From NCBI GenBank assembly GCA_010093745.1, contig MU005962.1, positions 372,001 to 436,000 of the forward strand: 64,000 nucleotides of DNA. The letters run 5' to 3'. This DNA comes from Piedraia hortae CBS 480.64. Lineage: Eukaryota. A program made the translations under genes and the position numbers. Position 1 is the first letter of the stretch. Each line of letters begins with the position of its first letter. This document shows, piece after piece, positions 47,014-59,146 of this stretch. Under the pieces are notes generated by a model. The model was not told where the DNA came from, made no database searches, and saw nothing but the letters and a program-made list of their open reading frames with translations.

Positions 47014-47883
47014 TAAGGCGCAAAAGCAGTTCATTTCGGCGGATCTCTATAGCATTTAAAGATTGCGACGCCCGACGATGAATATGTGCACGTGTTAGTT
47101 TTTTCCAGTTGACTTGAGTCAGAACGAAGTGGAAGGCTTCACTGCACAAGCTGCCAATCACAAATAACTAGATAACAAGTGTCTTGCAGGTGCTGAAGAG
47201 GATTCAATAAGAGACTGAGTTTGGAGTATTGCATCGTGTAAATCATTATACCCGACTCTGCAGTTGGCGTGTACCCCATCCAATTGGGCCATCATTCTTG
47301 CGGTGGTGCTGAGCGAAGCTTTACACGCCACCGCTAGATCAGTACGTTCTTTTTCCACAATCCTTCGAACAACGAAAAACTGGAATGGCGCTCCAATTAT
47401 GTACGATGAGGATGTTGATTCGGGAACCTGGTTCGACTTTTCAACGTTTTATCATGGTTCTACGGTTTTAACATGCGTCGTCGGTGGCATTGATGCGAGA
47501 TTAGAGATCGAGTTACCATATTCACTTACAGGTGGATCAATCAACACTCATCAAAGAGAAAAGGCCTGGCTCACAGACAACGAGTGTCACATACTCGTTC
47601 TTCTGATGACGGATCCTGAAATATGAATGCACTATCCCAGCGTGGCTATTGCACATGCAGTGGTATTTTTGCGCCTGAAAGTATTATAATTGTGAGTAGA
47701 TGTGTACCAGTATGCACACAAGTCTCTACAAAAAACTAGTTGACGCGTCAAGAGCCCCGAGCGCCGATTACTAATACTGCGCGTAATATACCGCATATTT
47801 GTTGGATTCAAGCATCGCCGCTAGCGCGTATGCGGGGCATTTGCATAGCAATTCAGCGATACCTCTTACACTACCAGCTGCAC

Positions 47884-48131
47884 TGTCACGGCACGAGGCT
47901 AAGGACGAGAGGTCGGGGTCGAGGGATCGATGAGAGACAAGGGTGAGAGGCTCAAAGCAATGGGCTATGGACGAGAGGACTGAGTAGACCCTATGTAGAC
48001 AGAGAACAACGCATGAAGAAGAGAAGAGAAAAGTTTGTGCCGCCTGAGTATGTGCTGCAGAGTGGGGCCACTAGACTCGGGCCGTGGACGGACCGGGCCC
48101 TTCCGCATGACGTAGGCCCTGAGTTCTGACA
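47884..48131. mobile_element. Solo LTR (248 bp) of an LTR retrotransposon
   Basis: Starts TGTCA, ends TGACA (5-bp inverted termini, TG...CA); flanks TGCAC/TTCAC form a 5-bp target-site duplication with one mismatch; purine-rich interior. Confidence 0.7.
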
Positions 48132-50542
48132 TTCACCCTAGGTTTTTCCCTCACAGAGATTTTCCCTCAGGGTCATGTCATATATGACATGGTGAATGCG
48201 CCTGCTAGTGTACGACGTGACGTCAACGGCCCACCGGTACAGAATTTTCATTCTGACGTCCCCTCATAGAGATAGATAATCATCTCACACTGTCATTTTG
48301 ACACTGATATTGACTCACATACATCTACATCTGTCCTGTCACTGACTCTGTCTATCGCTCCGTCCTCTTCGGGTCGCTGCGCAATCTCACCCACGGGAAC
48401 TAAAATCTCTACAATATTCACAACAGAAAGTTTTTAAGGCTACCTTTAGAGGCAAAGACTTTTGCTGGGAAACCATAACAGCCGATTCCATTGAAGGGGT
48501 CGCTGTGAACGATCACTAACAGGGTAAAGGATGATCATTTGGTAGCAGGCCTTTCGTATATGACCAAAGAAAACTTGATATTGATCATATAGCCTAAGAA
48601 GATCGGGCAACCGAGTTTTTGGCCAACAACAGCCGTCAATTAGGGTTCAGTTTCCATACCACTCGTTGGTTCTTGAATGTTGGCATGAAAAGCCCAGTCC
48701 TCGGTATTTCCTTCACATCAATACCCCATGGTCAGAAATCCACTGTACAATGTGAAATGGTAAAAATGGCACATCCTGACGCATAAGTCCTGATGAGAAG
48801 CATTTTTGATATTTAAGATCTCATTTCCATTGCAAGCAGGCATCTCGCTCTAAATCCTGTTTCCGTGCAGCTTTGCAGCTGCATGAAGCACACTTGTGGG
48901 ACGCAAAGCATGTCAAAGGCGCAGACAACATTTAAAGTAGGGTTTTGAAAGTCGAAACCCAGTGTGGTATCGAACAGGGAAGTCGAAATTTGCGTGCACT
49001 ATCAGATATGTCGTCCGAAACGAGAGACGGACGCACAGAGTTGCGAAAGCGTAATCGGTGATCCCTAGTACTGACGTGCAGATATGGACGAAACCTACAT
49101 GGGCAACGACTAAGCCGTCATACATACCCATAAGTATGGTGGTTTACTGTATTGCTACCGTCAAAATGGAAAGCTTGCCATTGATCAGCTAAACATGCCA
49201 CGCCAGTCCCAGTGAGTTGGCTGGAAGATTACTGGGCAAAATCAGCAATGAATGCCGCAGGGCAATTCAGGGAAGCAAGGCAGATTTACGAAAGGAAATG
49301 AGACTGAGATGAGAGTAGCGATGGCAGGTCCGGATTCACAGATGTACAGCCACATGCACGCTTGCACTGCGGGAGCGAACTAGAGTACAGTATTTTGCAC
49401 GACGAGAGCAGAGTTTAGTCATTGTATGTAGTGTAGGGCTGGATGCACAAGATTTTATCCCTGCGACCTTATGTGACATGACTCATATCGGCTATGTAGA
49501 AACCATTTTGACCAATCCCGCACGACAGGGTTTTACGGTTGCAAGGACTACTGGTTTCGATGACTTTGGCCCGCGCATGACAAAAAAGCATTTTTAAAGC
49601 CATGGAGAAGCGCCACTGCACATTGTGAACAGATGAGTGGCCTGCCCAGGAAGTTCATGTGGGGCAAAGGGCGATGACACTACTGTAGGGCAAAGCGATC
49701 GCCTATAAGGGCTGCCGCCGTTACAGGAGTCGGCAGCCACACTGGATCAGTAGCCAAATAGTAGCGGCGGGTCCTGGACTAGCAGCCGGATGACTTGCTG
49801 CGAGAAAAAGTATGTTTGATTTGTGCGTCGTGCAGCATAAATGATTTGGAGAGGCCGTGCCAAAGGTTTGGAACGTTCAAGGCTGCATCGCACATAGGTT
49901 TATCCATGTGGAATCAGGGCAAGAAGCCAGAAGCCCGGTGATTGATGCACAGAGCCAATGTTACGAGCAATGGATGATTTGACGACAAAGAACCAGAGCC
50001 ACAGGCACACAAGCGAGCGATCGAAGCCAAAGTTTCACAGCACCAAACTAACGCTCACAATGTCCGGTGGGTTTATGCAGTCAGTCTGGCCCCTACGTGT
50101 GGTTCGGACATGGCTTGATGGCTCGTGGACACTGTGGCGACGGCAACGTGCATGGCGTCGACGTGCAGCGGATCGAGCTCGTTGGCAATTTTTAGTTTTT
50201 GTGATTCGCTGAGGAGGAATCGGTTAGGAGGGAAGGCTGCTGGTTGGAAGTTCCCCGCGGGCCGACGGCGGATGCCTGACTGATGGCAACTGGATGCCTG
50301 ACACATGCTGGAACGCTGGCCAAAACTGAAACATCATTCGGCATTGCCTGCCAAGTCCGCTAGGCCGAACCTCGTTGCCACCGCTTCCCCCCACAACCCC
50401 ACACTTTATCCCCACTTTTTTCTCCGAACTCCACGATTCTTCTGTGGCCAAAACAGCGGCAGCTAAGCCGGTGAAGCGTAAGAGCTCGCAGCGGGCGCGC
50501 TACTGAACGCTGCGCCGCACAATACGAACCGCTGGACGTAAC

Positions 50543-50570
50543 TGACGTCATCTAGATCTGCCACGTGACG
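50543..50570. promoter_or_regulatory. CRE (TGACGTCA) and CACGTG box upstream of the AmdX-like gene
   Basis: tgacgtca at 50543-50550 and cacgtg at 50562-50567. Confidence 0.4.
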
Positions 50571-50948
50571 CCATCTGCCCAGCCCCACACTTTCGGCTCC
50601 AGGGGAAATTGATTGCCCAGCGATGCCAGGCTGCAGGGCACGCGCTCAGCAGCTTGATTCGCGTGCCCGGCTGTCAGCTGCTCTGGCATCGGAACACCAA
50701 TAGCCAGGAGGGAGGAAAAAGAAACTCGATGACATTTCATCGTACCCACGAGTGACTGCGTGGCGCCCGCCTCCCGCTGCACCCTGGACGCCACTCCAGC
50801 CGAGTTGGGAGCGACACCATAAACGTCGCCACCAGCCATCCAAGAGCTTTGCGACCTTCATGTCTGTTCGCTGTTGCGGAAAACTCCCCTCCAGCCCACC
50901 CTTGCCGCGTCTGCTCCCCGTCGCCGGCGTGAACGACTGTACCAGAGC

Positions 50949-53900
50949 ATGCGATCAGACATTGATGTGAAGGACGACTTGGATGCAGACTTGCCCGACG
51001 AGAAGAACACGGCAGCTCCGCCCGCGGCCAAGGACAAGACGGACAAGCCGCGTCCCCATGTATGCGTCACCTGCAATCGCTCCTTTGCACGCCTCGAACA
51101 CCTGAAACGCCATGAGCGCTCGCACACCAAAGAGAAGCCGTTTGAATGCCCGGAATGCTCACGCTGCTTTGCCCGCCGCGACCTGCTGCTGCGGCATCAG
51201 CAGAAGCTGCATTTTACCACTGCCACAGCCTCTAGCCGGCCGCGCAGTGCCCGAAGGGACAGCATGGGCGGAGCGGCGGGCGGGAGCGGAACAAAAGTGC
51301 GCAAGAATGCCGGTGGTGTGACCGGGGGCTGGGGACACAGGCCAAGAGCCAAGACGCTGAGCCATTTTGACCCGGCCTGTCTGGCGCAGCTGGAAGAGGC
51401 CACGAGTGCCAACGTGTACTCGACTGGACTGGCGGGAAACGGGAGTGGGAACGCAACACCCCGCGGCCCCTCCTTGGCCCGCCATCCTCCGCACGGCCTG
51501 CCAAAGCTGGATTTGTCTGGGATGGGGATGCACAACTTCAGCAGCGACCTGCGTACCGCTCCGCCATTTCCCGGGTTTGGCCACGAATATGGCTTCCGTG
51601 ACAATCCCTTCTTTGGCCCCGTCTCCACCATCAATCCTGCAGCGCTGCACATGAATGCCGGCCATGATGTGCAGAACATCTCCCAACTAGATTACTCGGC
51701 TATCCCAGAGCACGATGACCTAGTATACACCCACAACTGGGCCATGCCGATGGTACACGACAGCTTAGAGAAAGCCATTGAGTCCTCGCCGTCTCGCCTG
51801 AGCAGCGGAGATAGTCCTGATACCGGAGACGGTCTGGGCTCCTCTCATCCCGTACGGCAATCTGAGGCAGCTTCGTGGCTACCTCCAGGCATTGATTCGG
51901 CAGACCTTTCTCATCCTTTCTCGCCCCAGTATGCCTTCCAACTCAGCGCACTGGGTGCTGGCCTGCCCCGGATAGACGCTTCTCTTGGCACGCTGTCTCC
52001 AAGCCACCTTCGCGATGCTTCCACTTCCTACTTCGCATCAGAGACGGGCTACACGGCGAGCGAATGCCTTGGCCGCTTTGGGCAGGCAAACATGAGTTCC
52101 GACTGCCCCAGCCTCTCCCCTTCCATGACCGATAGTGTTGCCCAGAGCTCGACAGCTTCTTTATCCACAGATTACGCGCACGATCTCACCCAACAAGCGC
52201 TGCTGGCCCGCATCACGCAGGCTCAGAGCTTAGCTTGGACCTATGGTAACCAATACATGCCGCCATCCGCTTCTCACGGAGTTTCCCGCTCGTGTACAAC
52301 AATGAACCTTCCCAGCGCTGCTGACCTGCGCCGATTCGGTGATGCTTTTGTGCGTCATGCCCTTCCTCACTTACCCGTAATTCACGTTCCCACACTTCAT
52401 TTTGATGGCTCAGACCAGCTAGCCGGCAGCATGAACCATCTATCCCCGAAAGCCAATAGCGCTGCCGGAGGGGGCGGCCTCATACTTTTCATGGCCGCTA
52501 TAGGTGCCTTGTTCGAGTTGGACAGAGCTACTTCAAAGAGACTGTTCGATGCCGGACGCAAGGCCACCACTCTTTTCCTAGATGAACAGCGAAAATCGCA
52601 AGCTCACGGGGACAGCATGCAAGAGGCTCCACCGCCACTATGGCTAGTACAAGCGCAACTTCTAAGTGTGATTTATGGTTTCCAGTGTGGAGACTCGCTG
52701 TCTGTCAACATCGCGAACAATCAATGTGCGTCTCTAGTCAGTCTAGCCCGCGCAGCTGGCTTGACAAAGCAGCCTTCAGAAGAATCGATCCAACCGTCTG
52801 GAGATATGGAAATGCTGGAGGCTGATGCAGCCGCTGATGATTCGTTATCGCCTGGTAATGACCACCTTCGCAAAAAGTGGCTTCAGTGGAAGTTGGCTGA
52901 GGAGCGCAAGCGTACCTTCTTTGCCATATTCGTCATATCCAGTCTGAGGACGGCAGCACATAATCACGCACCTCTCATTGTGATCTCAGAGGTCAATCTG
53001 GACCTCCCTTGTGAAGAGAGCCTATGGATGGCTGAATCAGCCGAAGAGTGGAAAGCTCGGGGTGGATTGACTTCGGGTTCTCACCGTCTCTCCTTTGCCA
53101 ATGCACTTAGCCAGCTGCTAAAAGCCGCAAACAATCTTCCTGGCGTACACAACGCTAAAGCTACGGTAGCATCTTCGGACTCCTCCTTGATCGGACCGAA
53201 GCCAGGCGCATTTGGATATTTTCTCTTAATAAATGCTTTACATACTCTCATGTGGGAGGCACAGCACTCTTGTGGTAGCCGAGCATCGCCACACTCTGAG
53301 GCGACTTTGACCCAAATTGAACCCGCGCTGAATGCTTGGCATGCAATGTGGAAAGCTGATGGTTATTGTGAGCTGACACACCCAGGCGAACAAAGTCCAA
53401 TGCCTCTGGCAACAGACTGTATCCCATTACTGGATTTGGCCCGAGTACACTTACACTCTTATCTTGCACAACGCGCCAATGACGAGGGGGCCGCTCTTAG
53501 TGACATGACAAACCCTGCAGGCGTTGCTGAACACAAGGACAATTCAGACCGCCGCTCATCACTTGTTAGCCCAATATCCAGTCGTCGAGAACGCCATCTG
53601 CGCAGGGCAGCTTGGCATGCGGCTGATTCACTTTCTGTGGCTTGTAAGCATAAGCTTACCTACTCGGATCCTTCTTCAAACATTCTACCTATTCAATCAG
53701 CAGTGTGCTTCTTCCATTGTGCACGAGTATTGGCCGAGTGGGCCGGTACTGTCCAGGAACGATTCGGCCCGTACCTTGGAGTACTTGGTCGGGACCATGT
53801 CGAATATGCAAAGGTACCGGCGATGCTTCTGCTGGAAAGCGAGGACGTTGAGTTACTTCATAAATTAGACGCAATTTGTGCCACATTGGAAAAACGCTGG

Positions 53901-54155
53901 GCATATGAAAATACGATGCAAGCCGATGCATCACCAGTTGAAGCGACAGCCTTGGCCAACTGTGGTTATGGTAGCAAGATCCTGCGAGCAGTTGGAATCA
54001 TGCTGGGCAAAGGCTTAGCGTGGCCAGGTGAGAGGGCCTTGCGCTTACAAAATTTCACTGCTGACGAGTGTACAGTCACCCAAATCATGGCCAAACGACT
54101 GGAAAAGCTCGCGAGACACTTCGACCAATGCGCCGAGGCTTCCTGTACCACGTAA
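50949..54155 (+). CDS. amdX: C2H2 zinc-finger plus fungal TF-domain regulator, AmdX/Adr1-like
   Basis: [82 protein letters not shown]. Probable 48-nt intron 54028-54075; start uncertain. Confidence 0.85.
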   Translation: MRSDIDVKDDLDADLPDEKNTAAPPAAKDKTDKPRPHVCVTCNRSFARLEHLKRHERSHTKEKPFECPECSRCFARRDLLLRHQQKLHFTTATASSRPRSARRDSMGGAAGGSGTKVRKNAGGVTGGWGHRPRAKTLSHFDPACLAQLEEATSANVYSTGLAGNGSGNATPRGPSLARHPPHGLPKLDLSGMGMHNFSSDLRTAPPFPGFGHEYGFRDNPFFGPVSTINPAALHMNAGHDVQNISQLDYSAIPEHDDLVYTHNWAMPMVHDSLEKAIESSPSRLSSGDSPDTGDGLGSSHPVRQSEAASWLPPGIDSADLSHPFSPQYAFQLSALGAGLPRIDASLGTLSPSHLRDASTSYFASETGYTASECLGRFGQANMSSDCPSLSPSMTDSVAQSSTASLSTDYAHDLTQQALLARITQAQSLAWTYGNQYMPPSASHGVSRSCTTMNLPSAADLRRFGDAFVRHALPHLPVIHVPTLHFDGSDQLAGSMNHLSPKANSAAGGGGLILFMAAIGALFELDRATSKRLFDAGRKATTLFLDEQRKSQAHGDSMQEAPPPLWLVQAQLLSVIYGFQCGDSLSVNIANNQCASLVSLARAAGLTKQPSEESIQPSGDMEMLEADAAADDSLSPGNDHLRKKWLQWKLAEERKRTFFAIFVISSLRTAAHNHAPLIVISEVNLDLPCEESLWMAESAEEWKARGGLTSGSHRLSFANALSQLLKAANNLPGVHNAKATVASSDSSLIGPKPGAFGYFLLINALHTLMWEAQHSCGSRASPHSEATLTQIEPALNAWHAMWKADGYCELTHPGEQSPMPLATDCIPLLDLARVHLHSYLAQRANDEGAALSDMTNPAGVAEHKDNSDRRSSLVSPISSRRERHLRRAAWHAADSLSVACKHKLTYSDPSSNILPIQSAVCFFHCARVLAEWAGTVQERFGPYLGVLGRDHVEYAKVPAMLLLESEDVELLHKLDAICATLEKRWAYENTMQADASPVEATALANCGYGSKILRAVGIMLGKGLAWPGERALRLQNFTADECTVTQIMAKRLEKLARHFDQCAEASCTT

Positions 54156-54504
54156 GAAATTCCCACCCACCATTGGACTGCCATTCAGCACCATGTACAA
54201 AATATATCTTGTTCAACTTTGGGTTGCATCACGTGTAATGAACACGCGACGTAGGAAAGAGGATTGCATAGCGTACATAAGTCCACGATAACCATGAAGT
54301 TTCCATCCTCTGGTTAAGATAACGCTAGTATTGGCACACTGCTGGATGAAGCTTGTCAAGGTGACAGCTGACGTATGCAGAATATATCACATGTGACACG
54401 CGTGCACATAGCGGCCACAACTTCTGACACCATGTCGACGGCGATCAGAACGTGCGAGGGGCTCATACCACAATGGGCCAGCACAAGAAAGCTGGACACT
54501 CCAA

Positions 54505-55599
54505 ATGTGTCGCTTCCTCATCTACTCTGGCCAAGCCCCTATTCTGCTGGCTGACCTCATCACCAATCCTGCCCACAGCATTTTGACCCAAAGCTATGAC
54601 TCGCGCCTGCGCCTTGACCATCGGAGGCCGCACAACGGCGATGGCTTTGGAGTAGGTTACTACACGACTGAAGAGGCGGCCAAAATCCACCTCGGGCCCG
54701 AACCATGCATCTTTACTTCAATTATTCCAGCCTGGAACTGCAGGAACCTGGATAGGCTGGCGAGCAAGACTGTCTCGCCGCTCATATTCGCCCATGTACG
54801 AGCCAGTACAGAAGGCGCGCTGAGCGATAGCAACTGCCACCCATTCAGTCGCGGAGCGCTAATGTGGATGCACAACGGCGGCATTGGAGGGTGGAAGCTC
54901 GGCATCAAGCGGCAACTGGTGTCTGACATTACAGACAAATGGTTTGAGAGCGTGAGTGGTAGTACTGACAGTGAATGGGCATTTGCCCTCTTTCTCGACA
55001 CTCTCGAACGGAATGGAGTTGACCCGGACGATGAGACTAGGCAACTCCAAGGGTTTGGACACGCTGTTCTACGCAAGGCGATGCTCGGCATCATAGAGCG
55101 CATCAACGGGTTCCGTAAAGCTCTTCCAGACAAGGTCCGCCAAAACAATGATCTGAGGAGCCTGCTAAATTTTGCTGTGACGGATGGGCACAGCGTTGTG
55201 TGTACGCGCTATGTGAGCAGCAAAACGGATGAGGCGGCTTCGCTGTTCTTCAGTTCTGGCACAAGATGGCATGAGTTGTCATCCAGTGTGACGCCTGGTA
55301 AATTGCAAGTCAGGTCTGGAGAGTACAAGATGGAACGACGCGACAAAGGAGCCGATATCGTGCTTGTTGCTTCGGAACCTTTGACATTTGAGCGCGATGA
55401 CTGGGTGACGGTTCCAACCAACAGCGTATTGACGATTGATAACCAAACTGTGCTGGTACATCCTATCGTGGATGAGTTCTACAATCATGAACCCCAACTG
55501 ACAAGAAGTAGGGCGTTTGCCACAACAAAAGGTCAATCTACTGGAGCAGGCATGGCGGGTGCTGCAGAACTGGCAGTCAGGTCTATCAAGTGTAATTAA
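54505..55599 (+). CDS. DUG3: Class II (Ntn) glutamine amidotransferase Dug3 (glutathione degradation)
   Basis: MCRF (N-terminal Cys nucleophile), HSILTQSYDSRLRLD, NGDGFGVGYY, FAHVRAS, NCHPF, MHNGG, TDSEWAFALFL, VLVASEPLT. Confidence 0.92.
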   Translation: MCRFLIYSGQAPILLADLITNPAHSILTQSYDSRLRLDHRRPHNGDGFGVGYYTTEEAAKIHLGPEPCIFTSIIPAWNCRNLDRLASKTVSPLIFAHVRASTEGALSDSNCHPFSRGALMWMHNGGIGGWKLGIKRQLVSDITDKWFESVSGSTDSEWAFALFLDTLERNGVDPDDETRQLQGFGHAVLRKAMLGIIERINGFRKALPDKVRQNNDLRSLLNFAVTDGHSVVCTRYVSSKTDEAASLFFSSGTRWHELSSSVTPGKLQVRSGEYKMERRDKGADIVLVASEPLTFERDDWVTVPTNSVLTIDNQTVLVHPIVDEFYNHEPQLTRSRAFATTKGQSTGAGMAGAAELAVRSIKCN

Positions 55600-56390
55600 A
55601 CCTCGCCAATGTTCGGCTATACAACTAAAGTCTTCATCCTTCATCAGTGGCACACGCCTAATCAGAAAGATCCTTCCATTCCTGTTGGCTACTCTGCGCG
55701 AAAGTTAGAGCACCTCCAACCCTGTTCGCTATATAGTTACCTCTCTCTCCCATAAGTTGCAAACCATTGCTTTCGTAGCGCGATGACGATACGTATACTC
55801 GTATGGACGCTTGGCTGGCTTGCAGACGTGAATTATTTCACTGGGCCCTTCAGAATGCGTTCCCTCAGTTGGCCGCCGTGGCTGGTGAAGCGGAATCCGG
55901 TGGCCGCATCGGAGCATAAAGATTGTTCCAAGAAGTTAAAGGGGACGAACAGATAGTGTGAGTAGTACTGAGACTTGATATGCATAGTTACCTATACTGC
56001 ATACATGAGGGGATGTTTTTCATTGTCATCACGTGACACATCCTTCAACTCAAGAAAAAGCTGGGCATATCTCCGTTAAGGGCAGGATGTCTCGGGTACA
56101 GAATATTGTCAGGTCGACAGGGCGTAAGTGGGGGTTCGGTGGCATGACGTAATCGGGAGCGGGGCAAGTTCCTGCCGGACGGGTGGGGCACGTCCAACGG
56201 CATTTCCAATTGCATTGTCCACCTGCTCATCAAAGAAGTGTTTTTCTTGCACATCGCTTTACACATCTCTCACACTTGAACATATCAGAAGCAAGTGACT
56301 ATGGGCCGTAATATCTCTGCATGTCACTCGTGATGAAATGTCGGTCGAAGCCACAAAAAGAAGCGCACCTCGAGCTATGCGGAAATTTTT

Positions 56391-57305
56391 ATGGTTGAGT
56401 TTCGCAGATGTAAGACCTATATCGAGGCTTGGATTGCACCGACCGAATATACAGACGAGCAGAAGGCGGCGCTTTTGGTCCCGGGAGGCGGTGACAACGT
56501 AGAACAATGTGTGAGCTCATACGCCCGAATTAATGTCACGACAAACCAAGGCTTTGCGACTACCAGATCAAAATGGATCCGGACAAGGCATCGCTACCGG
56601 TGCTCTCCTTACTCGAGGAGGCAAGGGAGGCTGCCTAACGCCTCTCCGCCCATATCAACCATCGCTCGCGTCAACTTGACCACAAGCCAAGGATTTGCGG
56701 CCGCGTGGCTCAAATGGTCAGAGAAGGCTGGCGCGTGGCCGGCGGGGTCAGACTTTGAGCAGGCTTTTGGCAAGTGGTGCTGTCGCGGGGGCTCGTGCAA
56801 TGAGCCGTAGCCGTGGTGGTCCAAATGTATGAAAACTGCCGGCTGCACATTTAAGTCACCCAGCCGCGCCGCTCTGTCGTTGCATGAACTGTCATGCGCA
56901 ACAGTGAAGGCCGAAAAGATGGCAGAGGCGGTGGCCAGCGGTCGTGGCTTGGGCTGCCAAATCGAGCGGTGCGGCTTCGCAGTCTCGCCCACTGCGAAGC
57001 AATCAGCCAAGCGTTTGCGGGATCATACCCGCAATGCCTACGAGTGGCAAGCGAAGACCTGTGACCTCGGGTGCGAGGATGGTGTCGTCTTTGACAGAAA
57101 AAGCAAATGGATACACCACGTTAAGCTGAAGCATCGGGCGGGGGCAGCCGAGTTGACTCGGTACTCCTTTGCAGAATGTCAGCACCCAACTGTTTTCGCC
57201 TCGCGGTCGGGGCTCAAGCATCACCTGAGAAAACAGCACCAGCGGAAGAAGGTGAACAGAACAACCTCCATCAAGCAGGTCTGTGAAGCGGGCTTACACA
57301 ACTGA
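56391..57305 (+). pseudogene. Interrupted C2H2 zinc-finger gene (in-frame TAG at 56808-56810; 5' part frameshifted)
   Basis: ORFs 56391-56810 and 56829-57305 share a frame; fingers CMKTAGC..HELSC, CQIERC..RDH, CDLGC..HVKLKH, ECQH..HLRKQH. Confidence 0.55.
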
Positions 57306-57380
57306 AATTGGTCCGCCTGGGCTTTTCATGGGCAATGGATGGGTCGCTATGTACATACTGTTCTTATCTAGATCGTATAG

Positions 57381-57590
57381 ATGTATAGCGTGCATAAGCA
57401 GGGGCACATCGACCTCAATGCTTACCTTCACCAAAGGAAAGTTCTGGGCATAGACAGAAGATGCGGTTGCGGATACGAAAGACAAGATGCACGGCATGTA
57501 CTCATGTGCGGAAATCAAATGGTCGGGAGAGCTGAAATGATCGCACACTTTGATCAGATGACCGCCACGAAGAAGGACAAACTGCAGTAG
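57381..57590 (+). mobile_element. Fragment of a non-LTR retrotransposon (Tad1-like LINE) ORF2 C-terminal zinc knuckle
   Basis: GHIDLNAYLHQRKVLGIDRRCGCGYERQDARHVLMC matches the GHxxLNxYL...CxC...HxLxxC end of fungal LINE ORF2. Confidence 0.7.
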
Positions 57591-59146
57591 CCAAGTGGAC
57601 GATAGAGCGTGACATTCTGGCCCAATCCAGCCTACACAGCACGCATTATGGAGCAAAAAAATCGCCCAGAGGCAGGAGAAGAAGACAAGAAGGTAGTAGG
57701 GAGGGTCGTGAAGAAATCGTGGGCGACGGATGGACCTTGGCACCACACAGCGGTATGAGGAATTTTGTCCAGCGAGGTTTTACCCTCACCAACGACGAGA
57801 TCTTCACTACAAGAACTTCCCGCGTGGAAGAAATTATCTATGATCTACTCACCCCATGAATGCTTCTAGTACATCAACCCAAATCATATGCTGAAACAAT
57901 ACTGCGAACACAAGGCAGAAATCCCATATTTCCTCCAGCACCCAGCAGCTTAGACCGGAAACCGATGAAAAAAAGGGCTCGCGTCAGCTGGAGGTAGTGC
58001 GATACCAGCGACACTGTACTCCCGAACATGAGCAGGCTCAGCGGTCGCAGGAGCGAATTCCAAAAATGAGTATAATCAGAGAAGCCTCCGTAGAGGCGTT
58101 TTAGAGATTAAACTGAAAAGAACAGATACTACACTTGATCTAAGCCAAAAGGCAAAGAGATCTGAAAAAGAAAGCAATTTTGGGGGCGAAGAAACTTCTA
58201 TATAGGACGACAGATTGGCGCTAGCAAGTCATGTTTCATGTTCCAGTTCATTCTATGGTTTGTCATTGGCTGTGAGCAGGCAGGCTAGGCAGTATTGGAT
58301 TAGACTTCCCACTCATAACATATGCGTCGCAAGTTTTCAGCAACCAAACTGTTGCAAGGAACGTAGAGGCACTGGCAAGACTGCCAATGAGTGTTCCCGG
58401 GCAATGCTGGGTCACCATGGGCGCACAGAAAGCCACTAAGTGGAATGGGGCTTTCTCTGGCCCAGTATGATACCTTTCATGGTGACAAGCTCCACACAAC
58501 CAGATCAAGACATTGAATAAGGCGGATGCATTACGATCTCAAGGGTAAACTCAGCTATCAATGGCAGGGTCAAATAGTGACCTGGGTTCCGAGGAAGTTA
58601 GGGATACAGCCCTGGCGGACGAACCATTTCCTGTTCGAGTCATTCTCACCACTCGCAACGACATGGAAGGGCTCTTCAACCGGGCCAGATTGTCGCTCAC
58701 GTGGTTGCATCTGATGCACATTACTGAAGCAACGTTTGATGACAAGCGCACAAAGCTATGCAGCAACGAGGTGAGGTACCATGGATCATCATGCCCAAGC
58801 AGATTCCCATCAAATCCTGCCCTAACACGACCTGGCTAGACCTCAGGCAGCCTCGCTTTTGTCATAGGTTCACGTCGCACAGTATCGACGTGTCGAATTT
58901 GGCCCTAAACATCCTCTGATCCTTCTGGAACAGTTGACACTTTCGTATTTTTACAACGCCGTTTTCACTTATTAGATCATACCATGTTCACTGCAAAAAT
59001 TCATGTTCAACAACATTGATGAAGACCATTGGACCATGTAGGAGGTTATTGGATATGGTTTGGCGTTGCTCGCGTACCTATTAATATCGAAAACCATCCA
59101 GTCAGTGACAGGCTGTCACCCCACCAATTCACCTTGAAACTCTGAC

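Noticed and set aside
47158..47626. Small ORFs on both strands after SRP9/21, including a possible minus-strand gene broken by TGA-TAA
   Set aside because: No recognisable homology; cannot be distinguished from chance.
50270..50302. GGATGCCTGAC direct repeat (two copies)
   Set aside because: Only two short copies; not an array and not clearly beyond chance.
58215..58839. Short ORFs between the LINE relic and the patatin gene
   Set aside because: No domain signal or consistent gene structure.
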